Part shown: piece after piece, positions 56,545 to 64,000 of the stretch
Numbering within the stretch: position 1 is the first letter of the stretch
How the letters are laid out: each line of letters begins with the position of its first letter
Assembly (NCBI GenBank): GCA_963729715.1
Contig: CAVSPA010000010.1
Span: 32,001 to 96,000, forward strand
Source of the DNA: an uncultured delta proteobacterium
GTDB taxonomy: Bacteria > Desulfobacterota > Syntrophia > Syntrophales > UBA2185
DNA: 64,000 nt
Direction: 5' to 3'
Translations under genes and position numbers: made by a program
Notes under the pieces: generated by a model
The model's input: only the letters and a program-made list of their open reading frames with translations
Told to the model about the DNA's origin: nothing
Databases searched by the model: none

Positions 56545-56740
56545 TGTCTGCATACGAAAAATATTCTTCGTGACGGGAATATACTTTCGACAGTTGTAGA
56601 GATAGCTTCAGCGGGGAGTGCAGCCTAAGATCGTGGCTGCAAGCCTCTGTATGAAATGTCCAGAGGTTGACGAGATAAATAATATGCACTCGGAAAGTTT
56701 TTCCGAGGCATCAGAAGAAATGGAAAAGGGGGTACAGCGG

Positions 56741-57523
56741 ATGGAATTCAAGAACCTCTTGTTTACAGTTGAGGATGGTGTCGCTACGATAACGTTTAAC
56801 AGGCCCAAGGCGTTGAATGCGATGAATACGGAAACCATGAAGGAGCTTATGGATGCGGCTACACTGTGTAGGAATGATGACGCCGTAAAGGTTCTCATCC
56901 TCACGGGGTCAGGAGACAAGGCCTTTGTAGCAGGCGCTGATATATCAGAGATGCAGAACCTGCGGCCAAAAGAGGCCCTTGCCTTTATGGAACTTGGTAA
57001 TGAGACGTTGCGATTGATTGAAACGCTGCCCAAGCCTTCCATTGCTGCCGTGAACGGTTTCGCCCTGGGCGGCGGCACGGAGATCTCCATGTCTTGCGAT
57101 ATGAGATTTGCATCGGAAACAGCCCGTTTCGGCCAGCCGGAAATACTGATCGGATTGATACCGGGCTGGGGAGGAACTCAGAGGCTTTCACGGTTAATAG
57201 GAATGGGAAGGGCCAAGGAACTCATAATGGGTGGGGAGCAGATTGATGCGAAAAGGGCTTTCGACATTGGTCTTGCAAACAGGGTATTTCCCCTCGATCA
57301 GCTTCTCCCGGAAACGAAAAAATTCGCGCGGAAACTGGTCAACATGCCTGGTTTCGCCCTAAAGATGGCCAAGCATTCGATCAACTATGGTTATGATCTC
57401 GCGCTTGATAACGGGATCAGACTCGAAATGGAATGCTGTGCCCAGTGCTTCAGCACAGATGATCAGAAAGAAGGTATGAAGGCTTTCCTCGAAAAGAGAA
57501 AGCCTGTTTACATGGGAAAGTGA
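56741..57523 (+). CDS. crt: Enoyl-CoA hydratase (crotonase)
   Basis: NRPKALNA, AFVAGADI, AAVNGFALGGGTE, FGQPE..IG.IPGWGGTQRL. Confidence 0.93.
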   Translation: MEFKNLLFTVEDGVATITFNRPKALNAMNTETMKELMDAATLCRNDDAVKVLILTGSGDKAFVAGADISEMQNLRPKEALAFMELGNETLRLIETLPKPSIAAVNGFALGGGTEISMSCDMRFASETARFGQPEILIGLIPGWGGTQRLSRLIGMGRAKELIMGGEQIDAKRAFDIGLANRVFPLDQLLPETKKFARKLVNMPGFALKMAKHSINYGYDLALDNGIRLEMECCAQCFSTDDQKEGMKAFLEKRKPVYMGK

Positions 57524-57580
57524 TTCGCCGTTTTATAAGTGCATTAATAAAACATTATTCTAAAAGGGGGGTTATGAGCC

Positions 57581-58729
57581 ATGAATTTTGGTTTAACAGA
57601 TGATCAACGTGACGTGAGGGAGATGGTAACGAAGTTCGCAGAGCAGCAGATTAAACCTATCGCTGCAGAGTTGGATAAGACCCACAGGCATCCGGAAGAA
57701 ATCTGCCGTAAGCTCGGCGAAATGGGTATCATGGGAATCGCAGTTCCCCAGGAGTATGGCGGTGCGGGCATGGATACAGTGACATACGTCCACAGCCTGA
57801 TTGCGATTTCCAAGGCATGTGCCAGTTGCGGTGTTATTGTGTCGGTCAACAATTCCCTTTACGGGTATCCCGTATTGGCCTTTGGAACGGAAGAACAGAA
57901 GAAGAGATACCTTACTCCTGTGGCAGGCGGGAAGGTCGAAGGATGCTATGGGTTAACAGAGCCAAGCGCCGGGTCGGATGCTGCCGCACTGAAGTGTCGC
58001 GCTGTATTGAAAGGTGACAAATATATAGTTAACGGGACCAAAATATTTATAACGAACGGTAATGTGGCGCACTACTGCGTTTTAGCAGTCACGACCGATC
58101 CCGCGTTAGGATATAAAGCGGTCATTAATCTTATCGTGGATATGAAAAACACCCCGGGCTTTAAGGTAGGCAAGGTCGAGGAAAAGATGGGAATCCTTGC
58201 GTCCGGTACGGCTGAGCTTGTCTTCGAGGACGCTGAGGTGCCGGCGGCAAACCTCCTGGGTAAGCCGGGACAGGGGTTCAAGCAGATGATGATGGGACTG
58301 GATGCAGGGAGAATCGGCATAGGCTCTCAGGCCTGCGGTATCGGAAAGGCCGCTCTCGAAGATGCCCTCGCTTATGCAAAAGAGAGGGTGCAGTTCGGCA
58401 AGCCCATTGCAACGTTTCAGGCGATCCAGTTCAAGCTCGCCGATATGGCGATGGAACTCGATGCAGCGGAATTGATGCTGCTCCGCGCCGCTTGGATGGA
58501 AGACAACCATCTCGATTTTGAGAAGGAATCGGCCATGGCCAAGTGCTATGCATCCGACGTGGCGATGAAGGCCGCGGTTGAATGCGTACAGATATTCGGC
58601 GGCTACGGCTACACAAAAGAGTATCCGGCCGAAAGACACATGCGGGATGCGAAGATCTGCCAGATCTATGAAGGGACGAACGAGATTCAGAGGGTGGTTA
58701 TCTCGAGAAAACTTTTGAGTATGAGATAA
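57581..58729 (+). CDS. Acyl-CoA dehydrogenase (butyryl-CoA dehydrogenase-like)
   Basis: YGLTEPSAGSDA, NGTKIFITNG, LDAGRIGIG, GGYGYTKEYPAERHMRDAKICQIYEGTNEIQR. Confidence 0.95.
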   Translation: MNFGLTDDQRDVREMVTKFAEQQIKPIAAELDKTHRHPEEICRKLGEMGIMGIAVPQEYGGAGMDTVTYVHSLIAISKACASCGVIVSVNNSLYGYPVLAFGTEEQKKRYLTPVAGGKVEGCYGLTEPSAGSDAAALKCRAVLKGDKYIVNGTKIFITNGNVAHYCVLAVTTDPALGYKAVINLIVDMKNTPGFKVGKVEEKMGILASGTAELVFEDAEVPAANLLGKPGQGFKQMMMGLDAGRIGIGSQACGIGKAALEDALAYAKERVQFGKPIATFQAIQFKLADMAMELDAAELMLLRAAWMEDNHLDFEKESAMAKCYASDVAMKAAVECVQIFGGYGYTKEYPAERHMRDAKICQIYEGTNEIQRVVISRKLLSMR

Positions 58730-58743
58730 CGCTGTCCATAAGA

Positions 58744-58778
58744 CTCAGCTCATCTCCGTAAGAAGCAGATGAGCTGAG
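58744..58778. terminator. Stem-loop between convergent genes
   Basis: ctcagctcatct...agatgagctgag perfect 12-bp stem. Confidence 0.65.
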
Positions 58779-58823
58779 ATTACGGAAGAGACTTTCGTTT
58801 TTCGGTAGATGCCTGGGTGAAAA

Positions 58824-59123
58824 TTATTTCTCGATTCTGAAGGGTGAGAACTCGTACTCTTTTTTCTCGACTGCGAAAGCCACCCTGTCTTCTTCGTTAG
58901 CTGTGAGTTTGCCCTCTATAATGCGACGGCAGCCGAAATCGAAGAAACTCACCTGGTGAGTGGGGGTGTCATTTTCATCCATCTGCTTGTAGTACTGCTC
59001 TTTTTCAGACGGAGTCAGCTCCCGGACGACGAGTTTCTGGCATCGTTCCCTGGTTTCCCATTCACCCTGGCGTATGGTGACTCGGTAATTGCCGTGAAAC
59101 TTTACAGGCATCTTGATTTTCAT
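58824..59123 (-). CDS. Hypothetical protein
   Basis: MKIKMPVKFHG...; SD GGAGG upstream. Confidence 0.65.
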   Translation of the reverse strand: MKIKMPVKFHGNYRVTIRQGEWETRERCQKLVVRELTPSEKEQYYKQMDENDTPTHQVSFFDFGCRRIIEGKLTANEEDRVAFAVEKKEYEFSPFRIEK

Positions 59124-59328
59124 CACTGTACCTCCAGATTTCGTGCTGTTTCTAAGAAGGTTGCATAGCATAACTTTGGACGGTTGTCCATTTATTGATA
59201 ACAGCGAGCTTGCGGGCATTCTTTTTCTGTTTGACAAACCAGCGTAGAGGAGAGAGATTCCGCGGATTCGATAGTTAGGTACTTATCGATAATAGCAATT
59301 ATGTAAGATTTATTGGAAGGAGGGTAAT

Positions 59329-61011
59329 ATGTATTTTGCAAAAGAGGTGCTGAGCCAATCAAGCGAGCTCAGGAAAAAATGGGAGGATGAAGTCCGGAGG
59401 GTGGTCAGTAAAGTTCCTGACCAGAGGGAACGATGGTCCACAGTTTCAGATCTCGAGATCAGGAGGCTTTATGGTCCTGATGACATAAAGGACATGGACT
59501 TTGTCCGTGATATCGGATACCCAGGCCAATTTCCATACTTGCGTGGCAATCAGGCGACGGGTTATCGCGGACGATTCTGGACGTTCAGGATGTTTTCCGG
59601 CATGGGAAGCGCTGCGGAGACCAACAAACGGTGGCACATGCTTCTCAAAGAAGGACAGACAGGCCTCAGTACAGCATTTGATTTCCCGACTCTCATGGGC
59701 TATGACACGGACTCCCCCAAGGCCCGCGGCGAGTGCGGGAAGTGCGGCGTTGCCATAGATACCCTTGAAGATTTTCTGCAACTGGTGGACGGGATTCCTA
59801 TGGATGAGATTACTACGTCCATGACCATCAATCCTCCGGCTACTGTACTCTGGGCGATGTACTGTGCAGCGGCACAGATCAAGGGCATACCTCTTACCAA
59901 GATAGGCGGCACGATTCAGAATGACATGCTGAAGGAATTCATTGCACAGAAGACTTTAATGTGCCCGCCGGAGCCGTCCGTCAGGCTCGTCAGCGACACC
60001 GTTGAGTTCGGCACGAAGTATGTCCCGAGATGGAACACCATCAGCATTAGCGGGTACCATATCAGGGAAGCCGGTTCCACGGCGGTTCAGGAGCTTGCCT
60101 TTACCCTTAGAGACGGCATGGAGTATGTGGAGGACGTGATCAACCGGAAGGGGTTGAACGTCGATGAATTCGCTCCACGGCTTTCATTTTTCTTCAATTC
60201 ACATGTAGATTTCTTTGAGGAGATTTGTAAGATGCGCGCAGCCCGGAGGATCTGGGCAAAAGTTATGCGGGACCGCTATAAGGCGAAGGACCAGAGATCG
60301 TGGTGGATGCGTTTCCATACTCAGACCGCCGGATGTTCGCTGACGGCGCAGCAGCCTTACAACAACGTCGTCAGGACGGCCACGCAAGCCCTTGCCGCTG
60401 TCCTTGGCGGAACCCAGTCACTGCATACCAATTCCCTCGACGAGGTGATGTGCCTCCCCTCGGATCACGCCGTGCAGATTGCGCTTCGTACGCAGCAGAT
60501 CATCGCGGAAGAGACCGGCGCTGCCAACACGATCGATCCTCTGGCGGGCTCGTACTTCGTCGAAGCATTAACCAACGAGATGGAAGAGCAGACATGGGAT
60601 TACATCAACAAGATCGATGAGATGGGCGGCATGGTGGCTGCAATAGAAAAAGGGTTCCCGCAGCTCGAGATAGCCGATGCAGCCTACAAGTTTCAGAGAC
60701 AGATAGACTCCTGCGAAAAGATTATGGTCGGCGTCAACAAATATGTGACAGAAGAAGAGATACCCATCCCTCTTTTAGAGATTGATGATAAAGTTGAAGA
60801 GGATCAGATCGCGCGGTTGAATGCGGTCCGCAGAAAAAGAGACAACAAGGCTGTCAAGAAGAGTCTTGACGACATTAAGAACGCCTGCAAGAAGGGTGAG
60901 AATGTCATGCCTTCCTGCATCGAGGCAGTGAAGAACATGGCGAGTGTCCAGGAGATATGCGACGTCTATCGTGAGATCTATGGCGAGTATCGCGATCCGG
61001 GACTCTATTAG
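59329..61011 (+). CDS. B12-dependent acyl-CoA mutase large subunit, isobutyryl-CoA-mutase-type specificity residues
   Basis: MCM-family motifs (GLSTAFD.PT..GYD.D, GTIQND.LKE, ISISGYHIREAG); WTFRMFSG and KEFIAQK. Confidence 0.92.
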   Translation: MYFAKEVLSQSSELRKKWEDEVRRVVSKVPDQRERWSTVSDLEIRRLYGPDDIKDMDFVRDIGYPGQFPYLRGNQATGYRGRFWTFRMFSGMGSAAETNKRWHMLLKEGQTGLSTAFDFPTLMGYDTDSPKARGECGKCGVAIDTLEDFLQLVDGIPMDEITTSMTINPPATVLWAMYCAAAQIKGIPLTKIGGTIQNDMLKEFIAQKTLMCPPEPSVRLVSDTVEFGTKYVPRWNTISISGYHIREAGSTAVQELAFTLRDGMEYVEDVINRKGLNVDEFAPRLSFFFNSHVDFFEEICKMRAARRIWAKVMRDRYKAKDQRSWWMRFHTQTAGCSLTAQQPYNNVVRTATQALAAVLGGTQSLHTNSLDEVMCLPSDHAVQIALRTQQIIAEETGAANTIDPLAGSYFVEALTNEMEEQTWDYINKIDEMGGMVAAIEKGFPQLEIADAAYKFQRQIDSCEKIMVGVNKYVTEEEIPIPLLEIDDKVEEDQIARLNAVRRKRDNKAVKKSLDDIKNACKKGENVMPSCIEAVKNMASVQEICDVYREIYGEYRDPGLY

Positions 61012-61035
61012 GACTGATTGAAGGAGGAGATGGTA

Positions 61036-61446
61036 ATGGCTAAGAGAAAAATTCGTGTTATGGTAGCAAAACCAGGACTTGACGGTCATGACCGGGGCGC
61101 CAGGGTTTTAGCCAGGTGTTTCCGGGACGCTGGCTTTGAAGTAATATATACGGGGTGTCATCAGACACCGGCGATGATTGCAGCGTCGGCGATCCAGGAA
61201 GACGTGGATCTCGTAGGCTTGAGCTGTCTATCGGGGGCGCATCGGTATTTATTTCCCCAGGTGGTTAATCTATTGAAGGAGAAAGGTGCTGACGATATCA
61301 CCGTTATCGGCGGGGGAATCATCCCCGAACAAGATTTTCAGAAACTATATGACGCGGGAATCAAGGCGATCTTCGTGCCGGGTACTACCCTGGATACGAT
61401 CGTGAATTGGGTTAACAACAATGTAAAGCCGGTGGAAAGAAAATAA
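61036..61446 (+). CDS. Cobalamin-binding small subunit of the acyl-CoA mutase
   Basis: AKPGLDGHDRGA...GLS.LSGAH...GGGIIP. Confidence 0.95.
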   Translation: MAKRKIRVMVAKPGLDGHDRGARVLARCFRDAGFEVIYTGCHQTPAMIAASAIQEDVDLVGLSCLSGAHRYLFPQVVNLLKEKGADDITVIGGGIIPEQDFQKLYDAGIKAIFVPGTTLDTIVNWVNNNVKPVERK

Positions 61447-62411
61447 TGGAGAGAGGTAAGAAGATTAAGGCAGGGGACATCCGTACAGCCTCCCGCCTCA
61501 TACGAGACATAGAAGACAGTATACCCGAAGCAAAAGCAACGATTAAACATATTTTCCCCTATACGGGTAAGGCCCAGGTAGTAGGGATTACCGGTTCTCC
61601 TGGGGCCGGAAAGAGCACTATTGTTGACGGTCTCATTGAGACAAGCCGGAAAAAGGAAAAAACGGTAGGTGTTCTCGCCGTTGATCCGACGAGTCCCTTT
61701 ACGGGGGGTGCTACGCTCGGTGATAGGATCCGTATGCAGCGCCATTCGGAGGACACAGGCGTCTTCATACGGAGCCTCGCCACGCGGGGTTCGCTCGGCG
61801 GTCTCTCCAAGGCAGTTGGCGATGCCATCCATGTCATGGATGCAATGGGGAAAGACGTCATATTCGTAGAAACTGTGGGTACCGGTCAACAGGAGGTAGA
61901 GATCATACACTATGCCCATACGGTAGTAGTTGTCCTCGTGCCTGGTATGGGTGATGAAATTCAGGCAATCAAGGCGGGCATCATGGAGATCGCCGACATA
62001 TTCGTTATCAATAAGGCGGATCGTGATGGTGCGCAAAAACTCCAGAGGGAATTGATGACTATGATCGAAATGTCATCGATTCCTCCCGGGGGTTGGAAGC
62101 CGCCTGTCGTTACAATCAGGAATTCCTTTAAGCCGGAAGAATTCGAAGAGGACCTTGGGACACTATCTTCCAAGGTCCACGAACACTATGAGTTTCTCGT
62201 AAGCAGTGATCTTATCGGTGACAGGCAGCGGCGCAAGAGGCTGCATGAACTCAATGAGGCCCTGCGATTCAGCATCCTCGAACCTGTATTAGAGATGCTC
62301 GTCAAAACCGGTGAACTCGACAGCATGGTCGAAAAACTGCTGAAGAAGGAATCAGATCCTTCCAGTCTGGCCGAAGAAATAGCGAAGAAGTATTTACAGG
62401 GGTGTTTTTAA
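61446..62411 (+). CDS. meaB: Mutase-associated GTPase chaperone MeaB/ArgK
   Basis: GITGSPGAGKST, AVDPTSPFTGGA.LGDRIRM, ETVGTGQ, VINKAD. Confidence 0.95.
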   Translation: MERGKKIKAGDIRTASRLIRDIEDSIPEAKATIKHIFPYTGKAQVVGITGSPGAGKSTIVDGLIETSRKKEKTVGVLAVDPTSPFTGGATLGDRIRMQRHSEDTGVFIRSLATRGSLGGLSKAVGDAIHVMDAMGKDVIFVETVGTGQQEVEIIHYAHTVVVVLVPGMGDEIQAIKAGIMEIADIFVINKADRDGAQKLQRELMTMIEMSSIPPGGWKPPVVTIRNSFKPEEFEEDLGTLSSKVHEHYEFLVSSDLIGDRQRRKRLHELNEALRFSILEPVLEMLVKTGELDSMVEKLLKKESDPSSLAEEIAKKYLQGCF

Positions 62412-62569
62412 GGGGCTTGTTCTTTTGTTTCTTTGTAGGCGCCGCTGAACATTTTGCGGCGCCGCACACATGCTGTATTTCATCTTGGCGCAAGTCCTGA
62501 TAGTTGCCATCTGTATCCTGGTTGTTTTAAAACCAGTTGATGAGCGGCAGAAATACTCTTCTTTTCAAG

Positions 62570-63040
62570 TCAGGGACGGCTTTCGAGGTCGTCAAGCTTT
62601 TTCTTCTTTTCTTCGATAAGTTTTAGCTGTTCATCCACCAGCGTACGCCAGTGGAACCTCTGCGCAAAACCGGAGGACTGATTCATATTCATCCTGTAGT
62701 TTTCTTCGTCTCTCTTGGCCTTTTCCAATTCCTCTCTGACGACCCTGATATTCTCTTCCCTTTCTTTCTTTTTCGCATCGGCGTCACGATATCTCTGCAA
62801 TCTTTCATTGCCTTCCCTTTCCGCCGCTGCTTTTTGCTCTTCCGGCAAATCAGGCAGTGACTGTGCCTTCTTGACATTGGCTCCGGGCGGTGGGCTATCA
62901 GTGATAATCACCGTGCCGTCTTTATCGATATATTGGTAAAGTGTTTGCCCCTGTGCTTCGCCGGCAACGGCAATCCATACAAAGCTAAGCAGCAGTAAAT
63001 ATACCGTTGGAAATAATCCGCGCAATTTGTAAGAAGCCAT
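62570..63040 (-). CDS. DUF4124-like secreted protein
   Basis: Signal peptide, then LYQYIDKDGTVIITDSPP, then coiled coil. Confidence 0.8.
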   Translation of the reverse strand: MASYKLRGLFPTVYLLLLSFVWIAVAGEAQGQTLYQYIDKDGTVIITDSPPPGANVKKAQSLPDLPEEQKAAAEREGNERLQRYRDADAKKKEREENIRVVREELEKAKRDEENYRMNMNQSSGFAQRFHWRTLVDEQLKLIEEKKKKLDDLESRP

Positions 63041-63161
63041 GCCTTGAGCCCTCCCAACTTCAGTCACTTCTGGAACAAAAAATATTCTAAATTATTGATG
63101 ATGTCAATTGTATTCGTATACTTGCTCTGCATTTAAATCAAGGGGATTGGGGTGAATGTCC

Positions 63162-64000
63162 TTATGCGAGTGTGGAAATCAATGAAGCGTAGTTTACGGC
63201 GCTTTCTGTCTCGCGATCGTGGTAGGTATCAAAGTGAAGGATGTCTGCGCGGTTTTCTGCAAGCAGGCTGGCGAAAAGCAGAATGGCAGGAAGACCGCAA
63301 ACGTGGTACCTGTCCATGGTTTCGGCTGCCTTCTGGAAGATATTCTCCGGCTCTCCCCGGCCAAGGAAAGAGAGCATGAGTTTGTCGCAGGCTGTCGCCT
63401 GGGGAAGAAGGGCATCCGCTGGCGCCTGATCGCCGAATTTTCGTCCCACGTGGGAAAGGTCGACTCCTGCCACAAGAAGTATGCGCCCTTTCTTTTCTTC
63501 CAGTAACTGCTTCATTACAGATACCATCCCTTGGAATCTCTCATCAGTCAGGATATTTCTTCCTTGATGGATGAACTCGTGGACGCTCCCGCACAGAATA
63601 GGCACTATGGCAAAGGGGCCTGTGAGGTAGTAATGCAAGAAAATGGTTTGAAACTCGATGGAATGTTCCGTCATGTGGCCGAAATCATCCGTTGCGAATG
63701 TTCCATCAGTCACCCCCTTCTTTAATTCTCGGATAAATCTTTTATCCGTCTTAATTTCCCCGAAAGGAGTTACGTAATTTTTTTCGGAGACGCTGTAAAG
63801 GCCTTCCTGCATTTGATGGTTAATCCCCAAAATCACAACCGTATCGTAGTTCTTGCCTTTCAGATAACGGTAAGTATTTACGTACATATCTTTGGCTATG
63901 TTGATGTCAATGTGGGGAGCGAGGATGCCTGAAATGTTATCCGTGATATGCCGCAAATATTCCTGACTGATATTGCTTTCTACATTCTCTATAAATTGTG
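63162..64000 (-). CDS. AmmeMemoRadiSam system protein B (MEMO1 family), 5' end outside window
   Basis: ILAPHID, VILGINH, TPFG, H..EHSIEFQ, GVDLSHVG, VCG. Confidence 0.88.
   Translation of the reverse strand, partial: QFIENVESNISQEYLRHITDNISGILAPHIDINIAKDMYVNTYRYLKGKNYDTVVILGINHQMQEGLYSVSEKNYVTPFGEIKTDKRFIRELKKGVTDGTFATDDFGHMTEHSIEFQTIFLHYYLTGPFAIVPILCGSVHEFIHQGRNILTDERFQGMVSVMKQLLEEKKGRILLVAGVDLSHVGRKFGDQAPADALLPQATACDKLMLSFLGRGEPENIFQKAAETMDRYHVCGLPAILLFASLLAENRADILHFDTYHDRETESAVNYASLISTLA

Overview
Chromosomal window from an anaerobic deltaproteobacterium, probably Syntrophales (Syntrophus/Smithella-like); this is inferred from gene content and style only. It has four blocks. (1) 1-11.9 kb: late flagellar genes (flgI-flgJ-flgM-flgN-flgK-flgL-csrA-fliW, and on the opposite strand fliC, fliD, fliS, a FliT/FlgN-like gene and flaG) with four clear sigma28 promoters. 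(2) 12.1-29.6 kb: a putative flagellin glycosylation island (tandem-duplicated GT2-TPR gene, radical SAM, CmcI-like, two epimerases/dehydratases, two aminotransferases, NUDIX, acetyltransferase, 3,5-epimerase, C-methyltransferase, TPR-sulfotransferase-GT2), then an ISL3 element and a TPR gene. (3) 29.9-43.7 kb: a chemotaxis/motor operon behind a fifth sigma28 promoter (HTH regulator, two stand-alone Cache proteins, MCP, cheW/R/D, HDOD, cheY, cheX, cheB, cheA, cheY, cheX, PilZ, motAB). (4) 45.9-62.4 kb: a short-chain acyl-CoA cluster (six-PAS LuxR regulator, Trp-rich membrane protein, CoA-transferase A/B, two acyl-CoA dehydrogenases, thiolase, hbd, crt, an isobutyryl-CoA-mutase-type B12 mutase and MeaB). 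Most notable: this acyl-CoA/mutase cluster, a group II intron-like RNA remnant between fliC and fliD, a domain shared by FlgK and FlgL, a duplicated fliD 3' end, an MshEN-like motif in CheA, a GGA-rich Csr-like leader, an ACG start codon, and Lys/Arg-poor exported flagellar proteins.
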